DNA of 38,365 nt, taken from Candidatus Nanoarchaeia archaeon. Its GTDB lineage: Archaea; Nanobdellota; Nanobdellia; Woesearchaeales; GW2011-AR9. The notes beneath the pieces are model-generated. The model did not search any database, was not told the DNA's origin, and saw only the letters and a program-made list of their open reading frames with translations. The stretch covers positions 1-38,365 of the forward strand of contig DATDUF010000084.1 of the NCBI GenBank assembly GCA_035290485.1, in the 5' to 3' direction. Of the stretch, positions 26,398-34,861 are shown piece after piece (position 1 is the stretch's first letter; each line of letters begins with the position of its first letter). The position numbers and the translations under genes are program-made.

Positions 26398-26437
26398 GCA
26401 AGAAATGTGGAATAATACCACATTTCTGCACAGAAAA
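26398..26437 (-). promoter_or_regulatory. conserved hairpin/palindrome element, copy B (leader of the GTPase gene)
   Basis: The plus strand reads GCAAGAAATG-tgg-aataata-cca-CATTTCTGC-a-CAGAAAA. The architecture and the bulged A match copy A, and the three apical base pairs are changed in a compensatory way. Confidence 0.55.
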
Positions 26438-26534
26438 CAAATAGTTGTTTGTTTTCTTGTGTAATGAGGTTGCCGATTAACATTTTCATCTCTGATTTCA
26501 CTACATTTATAAATCTTAACCTTACTCTCAGATC

Positions 26535-27053
26535 ATGAGTTATGCTTTCGGTCACTTAGTGGGAGCCTGGGCCGCAGGCAAAGGATACCAATATTTCTCC
26601 AAGAAAAAGATCAGTCATCTGGCTTGGTTTTTTTTGCTCTTAGGCGGAATTTTACCTGACACTGATTTTCTGCTGGACTGGACTTTAGGATCTGACATCC
26701 ATAGAACCTTTACTCATAGTTTCATCTTTTTATTGCTGATTCCCATTCTTGTTTATGTAATCTTTTCCATCTTCAAGCATCCTGAAAAAAAACAATTTGC
26801 CTTGCTTATCGGCTTAGGAATTTCGGTGCACTTATTTTTAGATACCTTCTTCGGCTTTGGAGTTCCCCTCTTCTGGCCCAGCGTCGCACACTATTCCTTT
26901 GTCTCCGGAATCACGCCAGTTGTTCCTGAAGGTTCCGCCTTTACCGGAACTGCGGATCAGATAGCTCATCAGCTGAGATTAGCAATCCTAGACATGGCTA
27001 TTGGTACAGCCTGGATTTTCTATTTATGGTTCAAGAAACGAGTGCAATTTTAA
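26535..27053 (+). CDS. membrane-bound metal-dependent hydrolase, YdjM/DUF457-like
   Basis: 172 aa and multi-TM, with FGHL...LGGILPDTD...HRTFTHS His/Asp motifs typical of this family. TTTATAAA at 26506-26513 lies about 25 nt upstream. Confidence 0.65.
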   Translation: MSYAFGHLVGAWAAGKGYQYFSKKKISHLAWFFLLLGGILPDTDFLLDWTLGSDIHRTFTHSFIFLLLIPILVYVIFSIFKHPEKKQFALLIGLGISVHLFLDTFFGFGVPLFWPSVAHYSFVSGITPVVPEGSAFTGTADQIAHQLRLAILDMAIGTAWIFYLWFKKRVQF

Positions 27054-27094
27054 TTGCCTAAACATTTATATATCTCAATTTCTTAATCGGAAGT

Positions 27095-27769
27095 GTGCCA
27101 GCCAGAATAGCTAACCCGTTTGGAAGAGATAAAAATAGGTTCATTTCCATTTTTCCAGAATTCAGTCCCTTGAAAGTCAAATACAAAGATGTTTTTGACT
27201 TTAAGGCTTTTTACGAAGAACTATGGGAATGGTGCAAGGAACATGGCTGGAAAGACTGGGAGACTGACCTCGATAATTTTGAACGCTTTTACGGAGAACG
27301 AGTCACCACTGGCGGAATAAAAGAAATCTGGGTGCGCTGGAGAGCTTACAAACCTGCAGAAGGAACACCTACCATAAAACAAAATGTTGGTATTCTAAAC
27401 AAAGATCTGGGATATCTTACTTATTACTTAGATATTGATTTCCATGTGATAGGATTAGGTACCGCAGAAATTGTCAAAGACGGCAAGAAAATAAAAGCAG
27501 ACAAAGGAGAGATGGAAGTCTCTATCAAAGCGTTTGTCGAAAAGAATTATGAGTATGAATTTCAAAACAGTTCCATTCTTCGTCAGGTGCTGGAGACCTT
27601 TAGTAACCGCATCTATAAAAAAAATCTGGAAGAGCGCAAGAAAGAATTATACCGCGAAGCATACGTCTTGCAAACCTTCATCAAGCAATGGTTCAAGATG
27701 AAAACCTACTTGCCATATGTACAAGGCGAGAATTTCTTCCCATCCAAAGCCTGGCCGTCGCATCAGTAA
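27095..27769 (+). CDS. hypothetical protein
   Basis: 224-aa ORF with a GTG start about 25 nt after a TTTATATA box. It is Trp/Lys/Glu-rich and soluble. No family recognised. Confidence 0.45.
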   Translation: MPARIANPFGRDKNRFISIFPEFSPLKVKYKDVFDFKAFYEELWEWCKEHGWKDWETDLDNFERFYGERVTTGGIKEIWVRWRAYKPAEGTPTIKQNVGILNKDLGYLTYYLDIDFHVIGLGTAEIVKDGKKIKADKGEMEVSIKAFVEKNYEYEFQNSSILRQVLETFSNRIYKKNLEERKKELYREAYVLQTFIKQWFKMKTYLPYVQGENFFPSKAWPSHQ

Positions 27770-27812
27770 CGAAGCAAAAGCTTAATAAAGAAAGATTCTG
27801 AGATTATGCTAC

Positions 27813-27996
27813 GCCCCCGTGGCTCAACGGTAGAGCGCTTGACTTGTACTTACCCGCTATGTTTTCATAGCCTAGTAAGAGATCAGGAGGTTCCGAGTTC
27901 AAATGCCTGCTACACTAGGCGAACGTTGTCAAGTGGGATCTAACGATCCCACGAGCAGCCTTTCAGTGTAACGGCGTGAAAGTCTCGGCGGGGGCT
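27813..27996 (+). tRNA. tRNA-Thr(UGU) with two introns (27849-27881 after position 37; 27904-27982 in the T-loop)
   Basis: Acceptor GCCCCCG/CGGGGGC, D arm GCTC-AACGGTA-GAGC, anticodon stem CTTGA/TCAGG, loop CT-TGT-A...A. The T arm is CCGAG-TTCAAA//T-CTCGG and the discriminator is U. Both inserts can be drawn as bulge-helix-bulge. The spliced length is 72 nt. Confidence 0.7.
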
Positions 27997-28005
27997 TTTT
28001 ATCTT

Positions 28006-28608
28006 ATGACCGAACCACATAAAAAAATTGAAGAGAACCTTTCCTTTTTCGACCGCTGGGCTAGTACCTACGATAGATTTCTATTCCAATTCTGGATGAA
28101 GAAATTTCATGTTCCTGTTTTAAAAGAATTACTGCTGAACCAAAAAACTAAAGTTCTCGACATCAGCTGCGGAACCGGCGAACTACTAAAAAAATTAGAA
28201 GGAAAAGCAGAATTGCACGGGATTGATCTTTCTCAAGAAATGCTCTCTAAAGCTCGTGCAAAATTATCTCAAAATGTAAAGCTACGAAAAGCAGACGTGC
28301 ATGACCTGCCGTTTAAAGACAATTTTTTTGATTACGTCATCAGCACTGAAGCCTTCCATCATTATTATGATCAGCAGAAAGCAGTGCGGGAAATGGCCAG
28401 AATAATTAAAAGCGGTGGAAAAGTGATTGTTGTGGATATCAACTTCTTCCTCAAACCGATCCACTGGCTTTTCAAGAAACTGGAACCAGGCCATGTAAAG
28501 ATCAACAGCAGAAAAGAGATGAAGCAGCTCTTTCAGCAAGCCGGATTAAAAGACATCCGTCAGCGCAGGAATTTTCTGTTTGCGATCATGACGGTAGGCG
28601 AGAAATAA
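28006..28608 (+). CDS. class I SAM-dependent methyltransferase
   Basis: VLDISCGTGELL (motif I), DLS.EML, FDYVIS and GGKVIVVD are present. I moved the start to the ATG at 28006 because the track start at 27976 lies inside the tRNA-Thr 3' exon. Confidence 0.8.
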   Translation: MTEPHKKIEENLSFFDRWASTYDRFLFQFWMKKFHVPVLKELLLNQKTKVLDISCGTGELLKKLEGKAELHGIDLSQEMLSKARAKLSQNVKLRKADVHDLPFKDNFFDYVISTEAFHHYYDQQKAVREMARIIKSGGKVIVVDINFFLKPIHWLFKKLEPGHVKINSRKEMKQLFQQAGLKDIRQRRNFLFAIMTVGEK

Positions 28609-28703
28609 TCCTGCCGCGCTATGCTGACCGAAATATTTAAAAATAACAAGCATTTCTTCCATATCAGCAAATGATAGATGTTAATCATTCTTGGTGTTAA
28701 TTG

Positions 28704-29336
28704 ATGGAAGAAACAACCCTAAAAACAGGAACAACTACGGTAGGAATCGTCTGTAAAGATGGCATAGTGTTAGCAGCGGATAAAAGAGCTACTGCCGGGC
28801 ATATGATTGTCGATAAAAGAGCAGACAAAGTGCATATCCTTTCCGAAGATTTTGCTGTTACTATTGCCGGCAATGTTTCTGACGCTCAGCTTATCATCAA
28901 ACTAACTCGAGCAGAATTAAAATTAAAAGAAGTTCGCACTTACAAAAAACCTTCCGGGAAGGAAGCTGCTAATCTGTTAGGAGGAATCTTATATTCCAGT
29001 ATCCGCAGACCGAGCATGTTACCTGGAATAGCTCATTTCTTACTAGGTGGAAAAGATGTGCACGGCTTACATTTATACGACTTGTTTCCAGATGGAAGCA
29101 TTACCAGAATAACTGACTTCATTTCTTCCGGATCAGGGTCAGTATTTGCCTATGGCGTTTTAGAGACTCAATGGAAGAAAGATTTGAGCACCGATGAAGC
29201 AGTCGCTCTTGCTGTAAAAGCAGTCAATACTGCCTTGCAGCGGGACAGTGCCTCAGGAAATGGCATTGATGTAGTAGTAATTAACGAGAAAGAAATCAAG
29301 AAAGTGTTACATAAAGAAGTAGCTTACAATTTATAG
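28704..29336 (+). CDS. psmB: proteasome subunit beta
   Basis: A short propeptide is followed by the catalytic G/TTTVGIVCKDGIVLAADKRAT. I prefer the ATG at 28704 over the TTG at 28701. Confidence 0.9.
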   Translation: MEETTLKTGTTTVGIVCKDGIVLAADKRATAGHMIVDKRADKVHILSEDFAVTIAGNVSDAQLIIKLTRAELKLKEVRTYKKPSGKEAANLLGGILYSSIRRPSMLPGIAHFLLGGKDVHGLHLYDLFPDGSITRITDFISSGSGSVFAYGVLETQWKKDLSTDEAVALAVKAVNTALQRDSASGNGIDVVVINEKEIKKVLHKEVAYNL

Positions 29337-29423
29337 ACATTCAATTATTTCTTTCCAAACTCGTTTTTATTACCAACTTTGATTATCAAAAACATTTGAA
29401 ACACAACAAGGAGAAATTACCAC

Positions 29424-31313
29424 ATGGCCGACATTTTAAAAGAAATCATAAAAGTTTTGCCGGAAGGCAAAATATCAGACGCCGCCTTTGAAGGAGCAAA
29501 CATCGTACTATATACTAAAGATAAAGAATACTTCTTTAACAACGAAGGTACTATTCGCGAAGCAGTCAAAGTATTCCGCAAGCGTATAGAACTAAGAGCT
29601 GATCCTACTCTCTGCGTAGAACCGGATAAAGCCAAGAAAATTATTCAGGGCATCATTCCCGCAGAAGCAGGAGCCAATGAATTTATTTTTGATCCACCTC
29701 GATCTATGGTTATTGTCCACGCTGAAAAGCCCGGCTTAGTCATCGGAAAGCAAGGAGAAATACTCAAAGATATTAAAGAAAAAACATTTTGGATTCCACT
29801 TATCAAACGCCTTCCTCCGATTCGCTCAAAATTAATTGAAAGTGTCCGTTCCGTCTTATACGAAAACGCAGAGGAAAGAAAAAAATTCCTTAATAAAACC
29901 GGACATCGGATCTATGATGGCTGGCTGAGAGAAAAAAAACAAGAATGGATTCGACTATCATGCTTAGGAGCTTCTCGACAGGTAGGAAGAACTTGTTTTC
30001 TGCTGCAGACGCCAGAATCAAGAGTTATCATCGATTGTGGAATAGATCCCAGCCAAGATGACGCGGGTGCCTATCCTTACTTTGATGCTCCTGAATTTAA
30101 TATTGGCGAGATAGACGCAGTGGTCGTAACGCATTCCCACCTTGATCATTCCGGATTAATTCCCTATCTTTTCAAGTTTGGATACCGTGGACCGGTATAC
30201 TGCACTTTACCCACTCGCGATGTCATGACCTTGCTGCAATTAGACATGATTAAAATTCAGCGTGCCGAAGGGAAAGAACCAATTTACAGCAGCGATGAAG
30301 TACGCCAGTTAGTATTACACACTATCTGTCTGGAATACGAAGAAGTTACTGATATCACTCCTGATGTACGTTTAACTTTGTATAATGCCGGACACGTTAT
30401 CGGCAGCGCTATTGCTCACTTTAATATTGGTAATGGCTTGCATAATTTCGCCTACACTGGCGATCTGAAATATGCACGCACTAACATTCTCGAAGCAGGA
30501 AATACCCATTTCCCCAGATTAGAAACCTTGATGATTGAATCAACTTACGGCGGAAAGGAAAACAATATGGCTGAACATGAAGCTGACGAATACATGATTA
30601 AAGTAATCAAAGAAACCTTTGAACGCGGCGGAAAAGTATTGATGCCGGTACTCGGTTCCGGAAGAGCACAGGAAGTCATGATTATCTGCGAACGCTTGAT
30701 GCGAGAAAAACAGATTCCGGAAGCCCCCATTTATGCCGATGGAATGTTATGGGACATTACTGCGATTCATACTGCTTATCCAGAGTTCATGAACCGCAAT
30801 ATGCGCGAACAGATCTTCCATCAGGAACAGAATCCATTCTTGTCACCATACTTCAAACAGGTTGGTTCAAACAAGGAACGACAAAAAATTATTCTGGAAG
30901 AAGGACCTTGCTTGATCTTAGCGACATCAGGGATGTTGATGGGAGGACCGTCGGTAGAATATTTAAAAAATCTCTGTGAAAACAGAAAACACTCTCTTAT
31001 CTTCAGCTGTTACCAGCCCCCAGGAAGCCTGGGACATAAAATCAGGGAAGGAGACAAAGAAATTACTCGTCGTGATGGTCAAAAGATGGAAGTCTTCAAA
31101 ATCAACATGGACGTGCATAGAGTAGAAATTACTAACCACTCTGATCGAAGGCAGTTGATGAATTTTATCAAGCGCTGCACTCCACAACCAAGGAAGGTAA
31201 TTATTGTGCACGGAGAAAGCTCACGTTGTTTGGATTTAGCCTCATCTATTCACAAGACTTTCAGAATAGAGACAGTTGCTCCGAAGAATCTAGAAGTAAT
31301 TAGGATTAAGTAA
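29424..31313 (+). CDS. aCPSF1-type beta-CASP ribonuclease with N-terminal KH domains (archaeal termination factor FttA family)
   Basis: It has a KH-like GLVIGKQGE, the metallo-beta-lactamase motif VVTHSHLDHSG, a beta-CASP region, and the C-terminal IVHGE. It is 629 aa with an AGGAG Shine-Dalgarno element. Confidence 0.9.
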   Translation: MADILKEIIKVLPEGKISDAAFEGANIVLYTKDKEYFFNNEGTIREAVKVFRKRIELRADPTLCVEPDKAKKIIQGIIPAEAGANEFIFDPPRSMVIVHAEKPGLVIGKQGEILKDIKEKTFWIPLIKRLPPIRSKLIESVRSVLYENAEERKKFLNKTGHRIYDGWLREKKQEWIRLSCLGASRQVGRTCFLLQTPESRVIIDCGIDPSQDDAGAYPYFDAPEFNIGEIDAVVVTHSHLDHSGLIPYLFKFGYRGPVYCTLPTRDVMTLLQLDMIKIQRAEGKEPIYSSDEVRQLVLHTICLEYEEVTDITPDVRLTLYNAGHVIGSAIAHFNIGNGLHNFAYTGDLKYARTNILEAGNTHFPRLETLMIESTYGGKENNMAEHEADEYMIKVIKETFERGGKVLMPVLGSGRAQEVMIICERLMREKQIPEAPIYADGMLWDITAIHTAYPEFMNRNMREQIFHQEQNPFLSPYFKQVGSNKERQKIILEEGPCLILATSGMLMGGPSVEYLKNLCENRKHSLIFSCYQPPGSLGHKIREGDKEITRRDGQKMEVFKINMDVHRVEITNHSDRRQLMNFIKRCTPQPRKVIIVHGESSRCLDLASSIHKTFRIETVAPKNLEVIRIK

Positions 31314-31322
31314 TCCAATAAG

Positions 31323-31751
31323 ATGCAAACTGCCACTTTCGCCTTAGGATGCTTCTGGGGACCGGATGACTACTTTTCTAAATTAAAAGGTGTCAGCAAA
31401 ACCAGAGTCGGCTACATGGGCGGCAAAAAGAAAAATCCTTCTTATTACGATCTAGGAGACCACACTGAAACGATAGAGATTACCTTCAATCCAAAAATAA
31501 TCTCCTTTGAAGAATTGCTAAAACATTTCTGGAAAGAACACGATCCGACGAGGCAAGAAGTAACTCAATATAAATCTGCCATCTTCTATCAAAACCTGGA
31601 ACAATTCAAACTAGCTGAAAAAAGCAAGAAAGAAATGGAAAAGAAGTTAGGCAAAGAGATTATCACCGATATAGAGAAAGCAGGAATATTCTACCAAGCT
31701 GAGGAATATCATCAGAAATATCTGCAGAAAGGCAAAGGCAGGGTTTGTTAA
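31323..31751 (+). CDS. msrA: peptide-methionine (S)-S-oxide reductase MsrA
   Basis: ATFALGCFWGPDDYF active-site motif and YHQKYL near the C-terminus. Confidence 0.9.
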   Translation: MQTATFALGCFWGPDDYFSKLKGVSKTRVGYMGGKKKNPSYYDLGDHTETIEITFNPKIISFEELLKHFWKEHDPTRQEVTQYKSAIFYQNLEQFKLAEKSKKEMEKKLGKEIITDIEKAGIFYQAEEYHQKYLQKGKGRVC

Positions 31752-31792
31752 CCTAAACTTTTATAAAACCAATTCATTCTTTTTCAGATATT

Positions 31793-31927
31793 GCCACTGT
31801 CGCATAATCCGGTATTGCGCAGGTCTTGAAGCAGCTTCGTAAAGCTGCACCAAACGGCGGGCATAAAGCCCACCTCAAAGATAACCTGTTCCGCAAGGAA
31901 ATCCCGGTTCAAATCCGGGCAGTGGCG
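31793..31927 (+). tRNA. tRNA-Ser(UGA) with a ~52-nt intron (31831-31882) after position 37
   Basis: Acceptor GCCACTG/CAGTGGC, anticodon stem CAGGT/ACCTG, loop CT-TGA-A, long variable arm TTCC-GCAA-GGAA. The T arm is CCCGG-TTCAAAT-CCGGG and the discriminator is G. The spliced length is 83 nt. Confidence 0.7.
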
Positions 31928-31996
31928 TTTTCTTTAACTACTTCACAAGCAAAAGCATTTAAACCTCTTCTTCCTCTCCCATCTAGGTGATATTAA

Positions 31997-32389
31997 ATGG
32001 CATATGATGTATTATTTTTAATCGGGAGATTACTGGCCGGAGGCTATTATCTGATCAGTGGAGTGAATCATTTCACTCATTGGGAGATGATGACCGGCTA
32101 CGCCAAATCCAAGAATGTTCCTGCTGCAAAATGGGCCGTGTTACTTTCAGGAATACTCTTACTATTAGGAGGAGTAAGTATTCTAACCGGCGTATATCCT
32201 CAGTTAGGCGTACTCTGCATCGCTCTCTTCTTCATCGGAGTGACTTTCAAGATGCACAATTTCTGGGCAGCTCCGGAAGAACAAAAAATGTCGGAAAGAA
32301 TCAATTTCATGAAGAACATCGCTCTTCTCGGCGCAGCCTTAATGTGGCTGGCTATCCAGACCCCTTGGCCTTTAAGCCTAGGCATGTAA
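31997..32389 (+). CDS. DoxX family membrane protein
   Basis: 130 aa with four TM helices. The N-terminal LIGRLLAGGYYLISGVNHF pattern is typical of DoxX. An AGGTGA Shine-Dalgarno element is present. Confidence 0.65.
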   Translation: MAYDVLFLIGRLLAGGYYLISGVNHFTHWEMMTGYAKSKNVPAAKWAVLLSGILLLLGGVSILTGVYPQLGVLCIALFFIGVTFKMHNFWAAPEEQKMSERINFMKNIALLGAALMWLAIQTPWPLSLGM

Positions 32390-32429
32390 TTTTTTTATTT
32401 TAAATTTTATTCAATTCGTAGAATTCTAT

Positions 32430-33494
32430 TTACAACTTAAACCCTGACTCCTCAACTAACTTCTTCTGCCATTGATGCAGGCCATCAAATCTTCCTGACA
32501 GCACCATCTTAAGCATCTGCTCTTTATTCATGATTAAGTGGCCTTTCAATTTAGTTTTCTCTGCCAGACTATGCTGCAGCTCAGTTAATTTTTCCAGCTG
32601 TTCTTTCTGAAACGGAGTTAAACGCTTCTTTTCCGGCACCGGAACAAAAAATGGTTCTTTCTTGCCTTGCTCTACTGCTTTATGAAACAGAGCAGCCTGG
32701 CTGCGCACAATTGGATGTACTCCGCGCAATTTATCCCAATGGGGCGGATGGAGCGCAAATTCTTTCAAATGATTATTGTTGATCACAAAATGAACCGGGC
32801 GGTTTACTTTTTTTGCTAGCTGTTCTCGCAGCAGATACAGTTCCCGAAAAATACCGAGCTGTTCTGCAGTAAAAACTTTTACGCCCCGGACATCTAAAAA
32901 TGTCTGCGTCTTATAAGTAAAATCAGCTTCTTCCAACGCTGCGAGCTCTTCCTCCACCCAGCTCCATCGGCCTTTAGCCTGCAGCTCTTGCTTAAGAAGG
33001 TCACGTAAGGGAATCAAATGAGTGGCATCTTTCGCCGCATACGAAAGCATTTCTGTGTTCAGCGGCCTCTTCGTCCAGTCTGCCATTTGATACTTACTTT
33101 CTTTTTCAGTGTTAAAATATTCTTTCAACAGATCTCCTAAGCCCAGATGCTCTTTTCCTAGAAACAAAGCCGCGATCTGAGTATCAAAAACATTTCTGGG
33201 ATGACAATGAAATTGATCTTCCAGGATACGAAAATCAAAACTGACATCATGAAATATCTTTTGCACTTTTACATCTTCAAAAACTTCCAGCAAAGGCTTT
33301 ACCTCAGGTAGCTTCAAGACATCGACGATCCAATTTTTGTGTTTGGTAGAAATCTGAATTAAAGAAATATATGCACCGTAATGATGAAGATTATTTTCAC
33401 ATTCCAAATCTACGGCTAGCTCTGGAACATTTTTCCATTCTCCAGCCGCTTCGAGCAGGCCTGTGCTTGTATCGACATAGGTAAAAGAAACCAT
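32430..33494 (-). CDS. rnd: RNase D-like 3'-5' exoribonuclease (DEDDy) with HRDC-like C-terminal region
   Basis: ExoI AVDLECEN, ExoII KIFHDVSFDFRIL, ExoIII YAAKDATHL. These are followed by a helical region with the usual HRDC placement. Confidence 0.75.
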   Translation of the reverse strand: MVSFTYVDTSTGLLEAAGEWKNVPELAVDLECENNLHHYGAYISLIQISTKHKNWIVDVLKLPEVKPLLEVFEDVKVQKIFHDVSFDFRILEDQFHCHPRNVFDTQIAALFLGKEHLGLGDLLKEYFNTEKESKYQMADWTKRPLNTEMLSYAAKDATHLIPLRDLLKQELQAKGRWSWVEEELAALEEADFTYKTQTFLDVRGVKVFTAEQLGIFRELYLLREQLAKKVNRPVHFVINNNHLKEFALHPPHWDKLRGVHPIVRSQAALFHKAVEQGKKEPFFVPVPEKKRLTPFQKEQLEKLTELQHSLAEKTKLKGHLIMNKEQMLKMVLSGRFDGLHQWQKKLVEESGFKL

Positions 33495-33628
33495 AGACCT
33501 TAAGAATCTAGAAAATTTATAAATCTAATTATAAAAAAGCCAGTTATACTACTTTTACACTTTTTACCACTATTCAATTTTACCCTAAATGCTAAATGTT
33601 TATATTCCTCTTTTTCTTTCTCCAACAG

Positions 33629-34771
33629 ATGCCTCTAGGTAATATTGCTCAGGATGCTGCCCGATTTAAGCGCCTCATTAAAGGTTATATCAAAAATAAG
33701 GAACATCTCAAAAAATACATTTCTCGAGAAGAGTTGTTAACCAAAGGCAGAGATGAAACTATTCGCATCCCGGTTCCGGTAATCAAAATTCCCCGTTTCA
33801 AATATGGCATAAACATTGGCGGAGTTGGCCAAGGTGATGGCGAAGTAGGTGATGCTATTGATCCCTATCAGTCCGGTAATCCCGATTCCGGAGCAGGAGA
33901 TCGAAGTTTACGGAACAGAGAGATCATGGATCTTGAATTAGAGATGAGTGAATTGGAAGAAATAGTAATGGAAGAATTAAAGCTGCCCTTTCTTGAGCCC
34001 AAAGGTAATCATGTCATCCATACCCAAAAACCAAATTATAATTCCATTGCTGAACAAGGAGTGCAGCGCAACTTCAAAAGAACCTACAAAGAAGCCTTGA
34101 AACGCATGGCTGCCTCAGGGAACTATAAACCAGGAGAGGCAGTTGTTCCGGTCAATCGCGACTTTCGTTATCGCACTGCCACTAATCAGCCCGACAAGCA
34201 ATCCGCCGCCCTGCTGGTCTACATGCTGGACGTTTCTGGCTCTATGGACCAAGATAAACGCCGACTTTGCAGATTAACTAATTTCTGGCTGCAACGCATT
34301 ATCGGGCGATACTATAAGCACTTAGAAGAAAAATTTATTGTGCATACTGATCAGGCCTATCTGGTCGAAGGCCCGGTTTTTTATGGCACTAAATTAGAGG
34401 GTATAACTTATGCCTCTTCTGCGTTTGAAAAATCCGCAGAAATCATCAAAACAGAATATCCCGCAGAAGACTGGAACATTTATTGCTTCTATTATTCCGA
34501 TGGGGAAAACTACAGCAGCGATAATGATCCGGCCCTGAAAGTTCTTAAAGAGGATCTTCTTCCAAAGATAAATATGTTCTGCTACGGTGAATGCAGCGCG
34601 GATAAAGATTTATTTAAATCTAAAATTAAAAAAGAATTCGGCCTCAACAGCAAAAAAGAAAATCACTTCCAGAAAAGAATCAGAACATCCACCTTGCTGG
34701 AAGACAAAGATATTCTGGAAACACTTAGAACTTTTCTTAATAAGAATGAAACTCCTTTTTATTTAATATGA
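33629..34771 (+). CDS. DUF444 (YeaH/YhbH family) protein with vWA-like domain
   Basis: LVYMLDVSGSMDQ (MIDAS-like) and WNIYCFYYSDGEN closely parallel E. coli YeaH (MDVSGSMDQ, WNIY...SDGDN). I chose the start MPLGN. The track start at 33596 adds an odd Phe-rich peptide. Confidence 0.75.
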   Translation: MPLGNIAQDAARFKRLIKGYIKNKEHLKKYISREELLTKGRDETIRIPVPVIKIPRFKYGINIGGVGQGDGEVGDAIDPYQSGNPDSGAGDRSLRNREIMDLELEMSELEEIVMEELKLPFLEPKGNHVIHTQKPNYNSIAEQGVQRNFKRTYKEALKRMAASGNYKPGEAVVPVNRDFRYRTATNQPDKQSAALLVYMLDVSGSMDQDKRRLCRLTNFWLQRIIGRYYKHLEEKFIVHTDQAYLVEGPVFYGTKLEGITYASSAFEKSAEIIKTEYPAEDWNIYCFYYSDGENYSSDNDPALKVLKEDLLPKINMFCYGECSADKDLFKSKIKKEFGLNSKKENHFQKRIRTSTLLEDKDILETLRTFLNKNETPFYLI

Positions 34772-34861
34772 TGGTAAGGGCCTGCAATACCGCTGCCGAT
34801 AAATAGTGTCCAGATAAGTAAGATATAAATAATAAAACTTCTTCAGCGCTGTAAGATTAAA

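Noticed and set aside
27911-27970. Possible nested second bulge-helix-bulge inside the 79-nt tRNA-Thr intron (TACACT/AGTGTA helix, TTC bulge, AGGC/GCCT helix)
   Set aside because: I could not draw the inner helix after the second bulge. Excision there would not produce any tRNA-like product. It is more simply ordinary secondary structure of the intron rod.
27976-28005. Methyltransferase start at 27976
   Set aside because: This start lies inside the 3' exon and acceptor stem of tRNA-Thr. The in-frame ATG at 28006 is just past the tRNA.
32080-32403. 107-aa Arg-rich ORF overlapping the DoxX gene in another frame on the same strand
   Set aside because: The DoxX frame gives four clean TM helices and has an AGGTGA Shine-Dalgarno element. 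The alternative frame yields an implausible Arg/Ser-rich peptide.
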